Shown: piece by piece, positions 1-7,631 of the stretch
Layout of the letters: the number at the start of each line of letters is the position of its first letter
How positions within the stretch are numbered: the stretch's first letter is position 1
Assembly: GCA_031411855.1 (NCBI GenBank)
Contig: JANOBW010000169.1
Span: forward strand, 3,414 to 67,413
From: Opitutia bacterium
GTDB lineage: Bacteria; Verrucomicrobiota; Verrucomicrobiia; Opitutales; JANOBW01
Length of the DNA: 64,000 bases
Direction: 5' to 3'
The notes under the pieces: model-generated
Told to the model about the DNA's origin: nothing
The model's database searches: none
The model's input: the letters and a program-made list of their open reading frames with translations, nothing else
Program-made: the position numbers and the translations under genes

Positions 1-917
1 TTCTTGATTAAAGCGATTTGGGTCTGCGATTCATTGTAGGCCAGTTTGTCACGATTCAACATTTCCGTATAGGCTGTCAACTCCTGTTCTTCATTGTCCT
101 TGCGTTCGAAAATAAAGATCGTTCCGTGGCGAGTTTGAAACTCCTTGATATTATTCTGAATTTCATCGCTTTTGGCTGTTTCAGTATCAGCACTGATTTT
201 AAGTTCTTCGATGGCCCGGCGAGCAGTTTCCGTGGATCTGTCAATATAGGCTTGAATATATTCCTCGGCAAATAAATTAGCTATTTCTGCTGCTAACTTA
301 CTGTCTGGATGGTGAAAGGTAATTACAACCATGTAGCTGTTACGAAGTGGGTTTACTTCGCGATTGTCAGCCAAAATAGACCGCTCGTCCCGAGTGCCAA
401 AAATATTCAACGAACCTTCGTATGGCTGCTTCAGCCGATTTTTCTGAGCAGGTGTAAGTCTTTGACTGACACGCGTGATAATGGTGCCACTCTGCATCAT
501 GTATATTTGTGTCAGCAGCTTCATGGGGTTTGACCTCATGTCTGACTCAAGCAAGTCAACACCTGTTGAAGCTGTGCTGGCCTTTTCAAGGATTTCAAGC
601 CTGACAGCAGATTCAAACTCAGGAGTTGTCCGCATCGTGTATATCACAGACGCGGAAAAAATAATAAATAATGTGGCGACAATCCACCAAAATCTTTCTC
701 TTAAGACGAGAAGATAGTCTTTAATGCTTTTGGTTGGTTTTACCTCTTCGTCACCGTAACTCCCGTAGCCACCATAGGTTTGTCCATAACCGGAATAACC
801 TCCGTATCCATATCCACTGGATCCGTAGCCATATCCGTAGCCATGACTTCTTCCTCTATAACCGGAGTCAGAATCCTTTCCAGAAGGAGGCGGCTGTGAG
901 TTGTTTTGAGTAGACAT
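1..917 (-). CDS. Wzz/GumC-type polysaccharide co-polymerase (chain-length determinant), N-terminal part; the 3' end runs off the left edge
   Basis: Absent from the ORF track because it has no stop in the window. My translation of the reverse strand from the ATG at 917-915 gives MSTQNNSQPPPSGKDSDSGYRGRSHGYGYGYGSSGYGYGGYSGYGQTYGGYGSYGDEEVKPTKSIKDYLLVLRERFWWIVATLFIIFSASVIYTMRTTPEFESAVRLEI... This is a cytoplasmic tail, one TM helix, then a Wzz-like periplasmic region with a coiled-coil-like stretch (ARRAIEELKISADTETAKSDEIQNNIKEFQ). The frame stays open to position 3. It lies 18 nt downstream of the Wza-like gene. Confidence 0.8.
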   Translation of the reverse strand, partial: MSTQNNSQPPPSGKDSDSGYRGRSHGYGYGYGSSGYGYGGYSGYGQTYGGYGSYGDEEVKPTKSIKDYLLVLRERFWWIVATLFIIFSASVIYTMRTTPEFESAVRLEILEKASTASTGVDLLESDMRSNPMKLLTQIYMMQSGTIITRVSQRLTPAQKNRLKQPYEGSLNIFGTRDERSILADNREVNPLRNSYMVVITFHHPDSKLAAEIANLFAEEYIQAYIDRSTETARRAIEELKISADTETAKSDEIQNNIKEFQTRHGTIFIFERKDNEEQELTAYTEMLNRDKLAYNESQTQIALIK

Positions 918-935
918 TACTTCTAAAATAATTTG

Positions 936-1574
936 TTAGGAGGGGCCAAAAATTCCAAACTCATCAATAAATAAGATATCATCTTGTTCCAATTTCTCAT
1001 CTTTTGGTCCAATTTTCTTTGCATCAATTTTTTTGGTCTTGAGTTTTCCATCCGGACCGATTCGTTTTATGTAAACGATTTTATCTGCAACACGTGAAAA
1101 ATCTCCTGCCTTACCAATTGCTTCCAAAAGGTATAATTCACCATCGGCAGGAATTTCCACCGGTCCGGGGCGATTAACCGCCCCCATCACCGATACAATT
1201 TTAATCCGACTCGAAGTTACGATGAGGTTGATTTGAGGATTTACATAGTAATCAGGCTTATATAAGCCTGAGATATGATCTCTTGCTTCAGAAACTGACA
1301 GTCCTAAAACTTTAACATCACCTATGAAAGGAAGGCTTACCGTGCCTTGCTGACTAACTTTAATGGCTGTGTATGTTTCGGTTTCACCGAGAATCCCAAA
1401 TTGCATTTGGTCCCCAGAACTTATTTTATAATCACTGGCAGCTATCGCTGTGCTCGTGGATGTATTAGCTGTTGACACCGGGGCAGGAGATGTAGTCCCA
1501 TTACCAGCGATATTGGTTTGAGCAACTAAGGTCAAAGTGTTGACCAAAGAAAAAAAGATGGTTAACGCTTTCAT
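936..1574 (-). CDS. polysaccharide export protein, Wza-like (Poly_export + SLBB type)
   Basis: 212-aa ORF with signal peptide MKALTIFFSLVNTLTLVAQT. It has YKISSGDQMQFGI...GTVSLPFIGDVKVLGLSVSEARDHISGLYKPDYYVNPQINLIV (export-domain pattern) followed by VMGAVNRPGPVEIPADGELYLLEAIGKAGDF (SLBB pattern). It sits between a beta-barrel gene and the Wzz-like gene. Confidence 0.8.
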   Translation of the reverse strand: MKALTIFFSLVNTLTLVAQTNIAGNGTTSPAPVSTANTSTSTAIAASDYKISSGDQMQFGILGETETYTAIKVSQQGTVSLPFIGDVKVLGLSVSEARDHISGLYKPDYYVNPQINLIVTSSRIKIVSVMGAVNRPGPVEIPADGELYLLEAIGKAGDFSRVADKIVYIKRIGPDGKLKTKKIDAKKIGPKDEKLEQDDILFIDEFGIFGPS

Positions 1575-1587
1575 AAGTTAAACAGGT

Positions 1588-1626
1588 AAAAATGAAAAAG
1601 GAGGAGGTCAGGTTCTGACCTCCTCC
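1588..1626 (-). terminator. hairpin plus U-tract between the beta-barrel gene and the Wza-like gene (terminator or attenuator)
   Basis: Perfect 12-bp stem GGAGGAGGTCAG (1600-1611) / CTGACCTCCTCC (1615-1626) with a 3-nt loop. On the minus strand the stem is followed by CTTTTTCATTTTT. Confidence 0.6.
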
Positions 1627-1644
1627 ATTGAATCTGGAAATGGC

Positions 1645-2805
1645 TTAATATACGCAGTCTAACACGAGAGAAACGGTGTTGACCTTGTAATCAATGTCGT
1701 TTGCATTGTTAACAGTCTCGGAGATATTATCTTGGAATTGATATCTACCAGTTAAGGTCAAGTATCTATTGATGCTGTATTTAGCAATTGCCCCCAAGAT
1801 GATATTGTCATCATTACGTGAGATGACGGGATTGGCATAGTCATAATTCCTATAGCCAAAGAAACCCGAAAAAGTCCACTCGCTGGAGAATTGATTCGTG
1901 AGTGAAATTTGTCCCCCGGTGCGTTGGACCGAACCACCAGTGGCGCCAAGAGAGAGATCAGAGTCCAAATCCAAATCAATTTGAGTTTTGGGATTCAACG
2001 TGTAGGTCAACCGGCCCATCGCAGCGAGTGAACCCGTATCGGGAGCGTTTGAATCAAAAGTTCTGACTTGGTAGCCCACATTAAAAGAACCACTTAATTT
2101 TGCGTTAATTGAGCCACGGAGACCAACGTTGTAGTAGTTATCCTGGGAATCACCATTGATTACGCCGTCCACTTGATTCTCGCGGTGTCTGTAACCAAGG
2201 CTTCCGTCGAGATTAGGATTGATTGCGTAATAGAAGTTTACCGGAATAGACCAGCTTTTGTTGTCATTGAGACCGGCGATCCCGCTGTAAGAATTTTTGT
2301 TGTAATCAACCCCCGTGGAGGCAGAAACTTTGGAATTGATTTTGTATGCAGCAGTGAGGCCAAAGGTAACCGACTCAGTGATGATTTGAGTGCCGTTTTT
2401 GACAATTTCCGGGGCGTTTTGATCGCTTTCCGCGTAGGCAGCGGTTGCACCCAGCTTTAACTTGCCATTATCGTAAACACCTTCTGCCTTCGTGGTGTTT
2501 AATTGATTGTTGAGGTGAGAGAAGCCTGAGGTATAGGCGGTCAACTGTTCCTGGGTGGTGAGCACCGCATAAGCTTCAGCCAAGGGGTCACCAAGGTTAA
2601 GACGCAGGCCGGGAGTTGTTGAAAATTTGAGGGCGTCCTGTTTTGCGTTGTTTTTCTGGAACAGGAGGTTGTCGGAGTATTCAACCCCCGCGCTACCCAC
2701 AAACTGAAGTGCCACATCCTCCTTGATTTGAAGAAGTGGTGCAGCGAACGATGAGCTGGCCAGACTGGCAGCGGCAAGGAGGGGAAGTTGGAACTTGGTC
2801 TTCAT
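1645..2805 (-). CDS. predicted outer-membrane beta-barrel protein, first gene of the EPS export operon
   Basis: 386 aa with signal peptide MKTKFQLPLLAAASLASSSFA. The body is rich in alternating Y/G/S/N/T beta-strand patterns (GYRHRENQVDG, FNVGYQVRTF, LTGRYQFQDN) and has an aromatic C-terminus (...LDCVY). Co-oriented with the Wza/Wzz genes. Its specific family (PEP-CTERM-locus associated barrel?) is only an inference. Confidence 0.6.
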   Translation of the reverse strand: MKTKFQLPLLAAASLASSSFAAPLLQIKEDVALQFVGSAGVEYSDNLLFQKNNAKQDALKFSTTPGLRLNLGDPLAEAYAVLTTQEQLTAYTSGFSHLNNQLNTTKAEGVYDNGKLKLGATAAYAESDQNAPEIVKNGTQIITESVTFGLTAAYKINSKVSASTGVDYNKNSYSGIAGLNDNKSWSIPVNFYYAINPNLDGSLGYRHRENQVDGVINGDSQDNYYNVGLRGSINAKLSGSFNVGYQVRTFDSNAPDTGSLAAMGRLTYTLNPKTQIDLDLDSDLSLGATGGSVQRTGGQISLTNQFSSEWTFSGFFGYRNYDYANPVISRNDDNIILGAIAKYSINRYLTLTGRYQFQDNISETVNNANDIDYKVNTVSLVLDCVY

Positions 2806-2921
2806 GAGATGGAAAGTGACTGGTTAGAGGAATTTCACTGCACGGAAAATGTTGTGTGGGCAAGATTTTTTGAAAAAAAGTTTTGCGGCTTGGGGGAAAA
2901 ATCCTGCCTCATGGTCTTCTC

Positions 2922-4592
2922 ATGGCCACACCTACCCAGTCCGCTCCGCAAGCCCAACCCGTGCTTTTTGGTTTTGGTTACAAAACGCGCGATGGCTCGG
3001 GGCGCCCCGTGATCGTCCTCCGGTGGTGGCGGGTCGTGTTACTTCTCGTCGTCTTTGTGATCACGCTCTGGCTCGCGGCGGTGACCTCACTTTGGGCCAC
3101 GATGAGATTTTACCGGGGTTACCCGGAGTCTTCCTTTGTGAACTGGTTTTTCCTGCGCAAGACGACGGAGCGCGAACGTTTTGGAAATTACCAGGTGGAA
3201 AGGGCCCTTGAGCACATGGAGAAGGGGGAGTTTGGAAAGTTCAACGAGCAACTTCGGCTTGGGGTCAAACGTTCTCCCGGGAACATCAAGGGCCGCATTT
3301 ATCTGGCGCAGTTGAACATGATTTTTGGCCGCAATGACTTGGCCCTCAAGACGTATGAGGAGGGAATCCCTCATCTCCGGGCCCGTTTTGGAAAACCGAC
3401 GAAGGATGATCAGGATTTCATCCGTTCCTACCTTCAGTTTCTTTTTTATGAGAACCGGGATTTTGAAATCCTTCGCCTGGCCAAGGAAATCTTGCCGGCG
3501 AAACCGGAGTTCAGCGACCTTTACCTGATGACGGCCTATGCCGGCGCCCAGGCCAGTTTTTTAAGGACTGATTACGCGGCTTCCCGGAAATTCCTTTCTG
3601 ACTATGGTTTGGACATGACCGAAGAGGGGCTTTTTCTTCGCTCCGAGATTCTTTGGGCTCTCGACAAAAAAACCGAAGCCATTGACCTTATCTTTGAAGG
3701 GCTGAAAATTCACCGGCAGAGCCCCCGGCTTTTCAACCAGATCATCAGCCTCTACCGACGTCAGGAAGACTACGCCAGGGCCTTGCGTTACTCAACGTGG
3801 TTTGCCAACGCCCGTCCTTTGGATCCTTCGCCACGTGTCCAGATCATCAGTGACATGCACAAGCTCGGGCAAAGGGACCAGGTGCGTGCCGAAACCGAGA
3901 GGTTCATTGATGAGTTCCAAAAACAACCGGACGCCCTGCAACTGCTTTCCAACTTCGCGACCGATGTGGGCAATGCGGCGCTGGGGGAAAGGCTTTATCA
4001 AATAGCCTTGGAGAGGAACTACCGGACGAGTGTCTTCGCCCTTCTTTACATTGAGGCGCTGGTCAATGCCCGCCGCTATCAGGAGGCGTCCGAATTCTGC
4101 GACCAGATTGCCACGGAGAAACCAGCCTGGCTGAAAGAGCCCACGAGCACTTTCAACGCCCTGCGCGCCGTGGTTGCCTTTGGGTTAAATCGGCCCGAAA
4201 ACGCTCTCATTCATCTCGAGGGGTATCTGACGGACAAACGTCCTTCCGATCGCACCTGCCTCATGATTGTCAAAAGGTTCCGGGATTTCGGAATGAACCT
4301 GGGGGCCCGGAGGATACTTGAATATGCCCGCAAAGCCTTCCCGGCCGACCAAAACCTTCTGGCCAACGCGATTGACCTGGCGCTTGACGAAGTTGACTCC
4401 GATTCCGTGGTGGAGGATTTGAGCAAGCTTCTTGACCTCAGGAAGCCCCCCTTGAACGTCATCATGAAAGCCCGCAAGGAATTGGCCAGCGACCGCTTTA
4501 TCTTCGCTTCCAACCGTGACACCATGCTTGTGAAGCTAGACCAATATGTCGCCGAGCAAAAGCGTAAGGAAGATGATTTTAAAGGCCTGTGA
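2922..4592 (+). CDS. membrane-anchored TPR-like helical repeat protein
   Basis: The track ORF is 2883-4592. I prefer the ATG at 2922 (MATPTQSAPQ...). One N-terminal TM helix (VVLLLVVFVITLWLAAVTSLWA) is followed by about 500 aa of helical repeats with TPR-like spacing (LALKTYEEGIP, YARALRYSTWFANARPLDP, RRYQEASEFCDQI). GC content is intermediate. Confidence 0.5.
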   Translation: MATPTQSAPQAQPVLFGFGYKTRDGSGRPVIVLRWWRVVLLLVVFVITLWLAAVTSLWATMRFYRGYPESSFVNWFFLRKTTERERFGNYQVERALEHMEKGEFGKFNEQLRLGVKRSPGNIKGRIYLAQLNMIFGRNDLALKTYEEGIPHLRARFGKPTKDDQDFIRSYLQFLFYENRDFEILRLAKEILPAKPEFSDLYLMTAYAGAQASFLRTDYAASRKFLSDYGLDMTEEGLFLRSEILWALDKKTEAIDLIFEGLKIHRQSPRLFNQIISLYRRQEDYARALRYSTWFANARPLDPSPRVQIISDMHKLGQRDQVRAETERFIDEFQKQPDALQLLSNFATDVGNAALGERLYQIALERNYRTSVFALLYIEALVNARRYQEASEFCDQIATEKPAWLKEPTSTFNALRAVVAFGLNRPENALIHLEGYLTDKRPSDRTCLMIVKRFRDFGMNLGARRILEYARKAFPADQNLLANAIDLALDEVDSDSVVEDLSKLLDLRKPPLNVIMKARKELASDRFIFASNRDTMLVKLDQYVAEQKRKEDDFKGL

Positions 4593-5696
4593 TCAGGCGT
4601 TGGAAAGAACGTGGTTCAACTCGGTCAGAAACCGGGCGTTCTGGGTTTCCAAGCCGATGGTCACCCTAATCCACTCCGGCAGCCCATAACCGGCCAGGGG
4701 ACGAACGATCACCCCCCTTCGTTGGAGGGCGTTGAAGGTTTCAACTCCCTTCCCGACCCGGATCATCAGAAAGTTTCCCGCCCCGGGCACGTAGGTCAGC
4801 CCTGATTTTTCAAGTCCCGCAGTCAGTTGGACGCGGCCGGCGTTGTTGCTCGCCACGCTCCGACGTGTGAAATCATCGTCCTGTAACGCCGCCTCCGCTG
4901 CGGCGAGGGCCACGGAGGTCACGTTGAACGGCGCCCTCGCCTTGTGCATCAGCTGGATGAGTTCGGGGTGACCGCAGGCGTAACCGACCCGCAGGCCGGC
5001 CAGCCCGTGGATTTTGGAAAAGGTCCTGGCCACCACGACCTTTCTGCCTTCCTTGAGCAAGGGGACAAAGTCAGGCGGATTTTGAAGGTATTCCACGTAG
5101 GCGCCATCGTAACAGAACACGACGTGATCGGGCAGCGAGGCGGCAAAAGCGACCAGTTCCTCGGGGTTTTCCTCGACGCCGGTGGGGTTGTTGGGGCTGG
5201 GTAAAAAAACAAGCCGTGTCCTGGGGGTCACCGCCGACCGCATAGCCCTAAGATCATGTCCAAATCCTTTCATGGGGACCGGCACGGGGACCGCTCCCTG
5301 CAGCAGGGCGGCAAGTTTGTAGGAGATAAAAGCCTGCGCGCCAAAGACAACCTCCGTGCCCGGGCCGGAAAAGGCGGCGGCCAAGGTGTCAATGACCTCG
5401 CTGCTGCCCCGGCCCGCAAAAAAATGATCCGCCCCGAGATTCCACAGGGAGGCGAGTTTTTGACGGAGAAACAGTGCCCCGTTTTCAGGGTAAAGGTGCC
5501 CGTCCGACACGGCCTTCCAAGCGGCTTCCCGAGCCTTCGGCGAGGGTCCGAGCGGATTCTCGTTCGAGGCCAGCTTGATCACGCCGGCCGGGTCCAAGCC
5601 ATATTCGGCCGCCACCAGTTCGGTGGGTTTGCCGGGTTCGTAAACGGGCTGCGTGGCCAGATGCGGGCGGGCGAGGTCGGCGTAAGTCAGTTTCAT
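4593..5696 (-). CDS. hisC: histidinol-phosphate aminotransferase
   Basis: KLASNENPLGPSP, NPTG and the PLP-lysine context ARTFSKIHGLAGLRVGY are present. I chose the start at MKLTYADLARP (ATG 5696) rather than the track start at 5732. Confidence 0.9.
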   Translation of the reverse strand: MKLTYADLARPHLATQPVYEPGKPTELVAAEYGLDPAGVIKLASNENPLGPSPKAREAAWKAVSDGHLYPENGALFLRQKLASLWNLGADHFFAGRGSSEVIDTLAAAFSGPGTEVVFGAQAFISYKLAALLQGAVPVPVPMKGFGHDLRAMRSAVTPRTRLVFLPSPNNPTGVEENPEELVAFAASLPDHVVFCYDGAYVEYLQNPPDFVPLLKEGRKVVVARTFSKIHGLAGLRVGYACGHPELIQLMHKARAPFNVTSVALAAAEAALQDDDFTRRSVASNNAGRVQLTAGLEKSGLTYVPGAGNFLMIRVGKGVETFNALQRRGVIVRPLAGYGLPEWIRVTIGLETQNARFLTELNHVLSNA

Positions 5697-5803
5697 GGTG
5701 GAATCAAAGCCCGTGAGGGAAACGCATCCCAACTCCGGCGCAATTTTTTCTTTCGCGCCCGGCCGGTCCTGTTTGCTTGGGTGGTGCCGCCTGGCGGCTA
5801 TTC

Positions 5804-6718
5804 ATGCGCATCATCCTCTTTGGAGCCTCCGGCCTCCTCGGCACCGCCGTCCATCGGGCCGCTGTCACCCATGGCCATACGGTCACCGTGATGGCGCGTT
5901 CGCCCCTGCCCGGGCAGGTGGCCTTTGACGCGGCCTCTCCCCGGGCCGCCGAGGCTCTCACCCGCCAGCTTTTGGATGACTGGCCCGACGCCATCATCAA
6001 CTGCGCGGCTGTTTCCTCCGCCGCCGCCTGCGACCTTGATCCGCGTGGTTCGTCGGAGGTCAACTGCACCCTGCCTGCCACCTTGGCACGTCTTGCCCAC
6101 CACCTCGGCTGCCGTTTTATGCACATCTCGACGGACATGGTGTTTGACGGGGACGAGGCCCCCTATCGGTCCACCTCGACACCTTGTCCGCGCGGCCTTT
6201 ACGGCCAGCAGAAGCTCTTGGCGGAGCGGTCCGTTCTGCAGGCCGCGGCCGATGTGGCCGTCGTGCTCCGGCTTCCCCTTCTGACCGGAACCAGTCTGGG
6301 CGGCCGGCGAAGCCTCCACGAGGTTCTCTTCACTCAGTGGGCGGACGGGCGGGCCACCCCCTTGTTCGAGGATGAATTCCGGACACCGGCCTCGGCGGAA
6401 AACTGCGCGGATCTCGTGGTCGAGCTTCTGGACCGCCGCGAGCTCACCGGCCTGTTCCACTGGTCCGGATCGGAACGTCTGAGCCGGGCCGAGATGGGCC
6501 GCCGCCTTCTGGCCCGCTTCAACCTTCCCGGCCGTCTTATCCACACCTGCCTGCGCGCCGATGTCCCTGGTTGCGCGAACCGGCCCCATGACCTGAGTCT
6601 GGACCCCGCCCCCCTTGTTTCCAAGGTTCGTTCGGTTCCGGAAAGCTTCAGCGAACAACTGGCCCGCCTGGGAGTCCCCCTCCCGTTTCGTCCCTGGTAT
6701 CAGGGGCTGAAGGACTGA
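5804..6718 (+). CDS. RmlD-like NAD(P)-dependent sugar-nucleotide reductase (dTDP-4-dehydrorhamnose reductase family)
   Basis: Rossmann N-terminus MRIILFGASGLLGTAV (ATG 5804), INCAA, STDMVFDG, and the catalytic YxxxK in LYGQQKLLAE. Confidence 0.7.
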   Translation: MRIILFGASGLLGTAVHRAAVTHGHTVTVMARSPLPGQVAFDAASPRAAEALTRQLLDDWPDAIINCAAVSSAAACDLDPRGSSEVNCTLPATLARLAHHLGCRFMHISTDMVFDGDEAPYRSTSTPCPRGLYGQQKLLAERSVLQAAADVAVVLRLPLLTGTSLGGRRSLHEVLFTQWADGRATPLFEDEFRTPASAENCADLVVELLDRRELTGLFHWSGSERLSRAEMGRRLLARFNLPGRLIHTCLRADVPGCANRPHDLSLDPAPLVSKVRSVPESFSEQLARLGVPLPFRPWYQGLKD

Positions 6719-6738
6719 TCCCATCAACCATTCGTATC

Positions 6739-7590
6739 GTGATTCCTGAAACCGGTTACCTCCACGACGTTGTTGTGGTCGGAAGCATCATCCTTCTTGA
6801 GGGGCTGCTTTCCGTGGATAACGCCCTTGGGATTGCCTCCATCGCGAGCCATTTGCCCAAGCATCAGCAGAAACTGGCCCTGCGGCTCGGAATCATCGGG
6901 GCCTATGGATTCCGGGGGCTGGCCCTCTTTTTTGCCTCCTTTATCGCCGAGAGTCCCTGGCTGAAACTTTTGGGCGCGCTCTATCTGGTTTACCTCATGG
7001 CCTCCGAGCTGACCGGGAGGGACGAAGAGGCGCAGGAGGATGCTTCTATCTCCGGACTGGCAACGGTTGCCGGTCCCGGCCTGATCGCCACCATCTTCAA
7101 AATCGAACTCATGGATCTCAGCCTGAGCCTGGACAATGTCGTGGTGGCTGTGGCGATGAGCCCGGGAAGGATGTGGCCGGTTTATCTCGGTGTCTTTGCC
7201 GGAATCCTGGCGCTTCGTTTTGTGGCCGGTTGGTGCATCGGCCTGCTGGAAAGGCACCCCATTCTGGAACCGACTGCCTTCGTGCTCGTCGGCTGGGTTG
7301 GCTTTCTCCTGCTGTGGCAGGAAGTTCCGGTGGCCATGGGATGGGTCCAGCCCGACAAGGCCCAGCATATTCCCTCTTACCTCAAATTTGCGGGCATCAC
7401 CCTGATTTTGGGTCTGGCTTTGGGATCGGAACGAAGCCCCGCGCTCCGCCGTGTCCTCAATCTTCTGGGGATCGGTTTTAGGCCGATTTTCCGTTTCGTG
7501 GACTTTTTCGGCACGATCGTGAAGTGGCCCTTCCTTGCCCTGAGCAAAAAAGTCCTCACTTATTGGAGATCAAAGCGTTCCCTCACCTAA
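6739..7590 (+). CDS. TerC/Alx family integral membrane protein
   Basis: GTG start. Two TerC signature stretches are present (LSVDNALGIA and LSLSLDNVVVAVAM), and the protein is multi-TM. Confidence 0.8.
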   Translation: MIPETGYLHDVVVVGSIILLEGLLSVDNALGIASIASHLPKHQQKLALRLGIIGAYGFRGLALFFASFIAESPWLKLLGALYLVYLMASELTGRDEEAQEDASISGLATVAGPGLIATIFKIELMDLSLSLDNVVVAVAMSPGRMWPVYLGVFAGILALRFVAGWCIGLLERHPILEPTAFVLVGWVGFLLLWQEVPVAMGWVQPDKAQHIPSYLKFAGITLILGLALGSERSPALRRVLNLLGIGFRPIFRFVDFFGTIVKWPFLALSKKVLTYWRSKRSLT

Positions 7591-7631
7591 GGAATCCCGC
7601 GTCGGGAGAGAGCGCACCCCTTACCCCAGTC

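Noticed and set aside
4590-4595. Zero-gap tail-to-tail junction TGATCA, formed by the TPR gene stop (TGA) and the hisC stop (TCA on the plus strand).
   Set aside because: It is a neat palindrome, but only the juxtaposition of two stop codons of convergent genes. I could not support any hairpin or functional element around it.
6719-6738. A possible yybP-ykoY (Mn) riboswitch upstream of the TerC-family gene.
   Set aside because: Only 20 nt separate the upstream stop from the TerC GTG start, so there is no room for a riboswitch.
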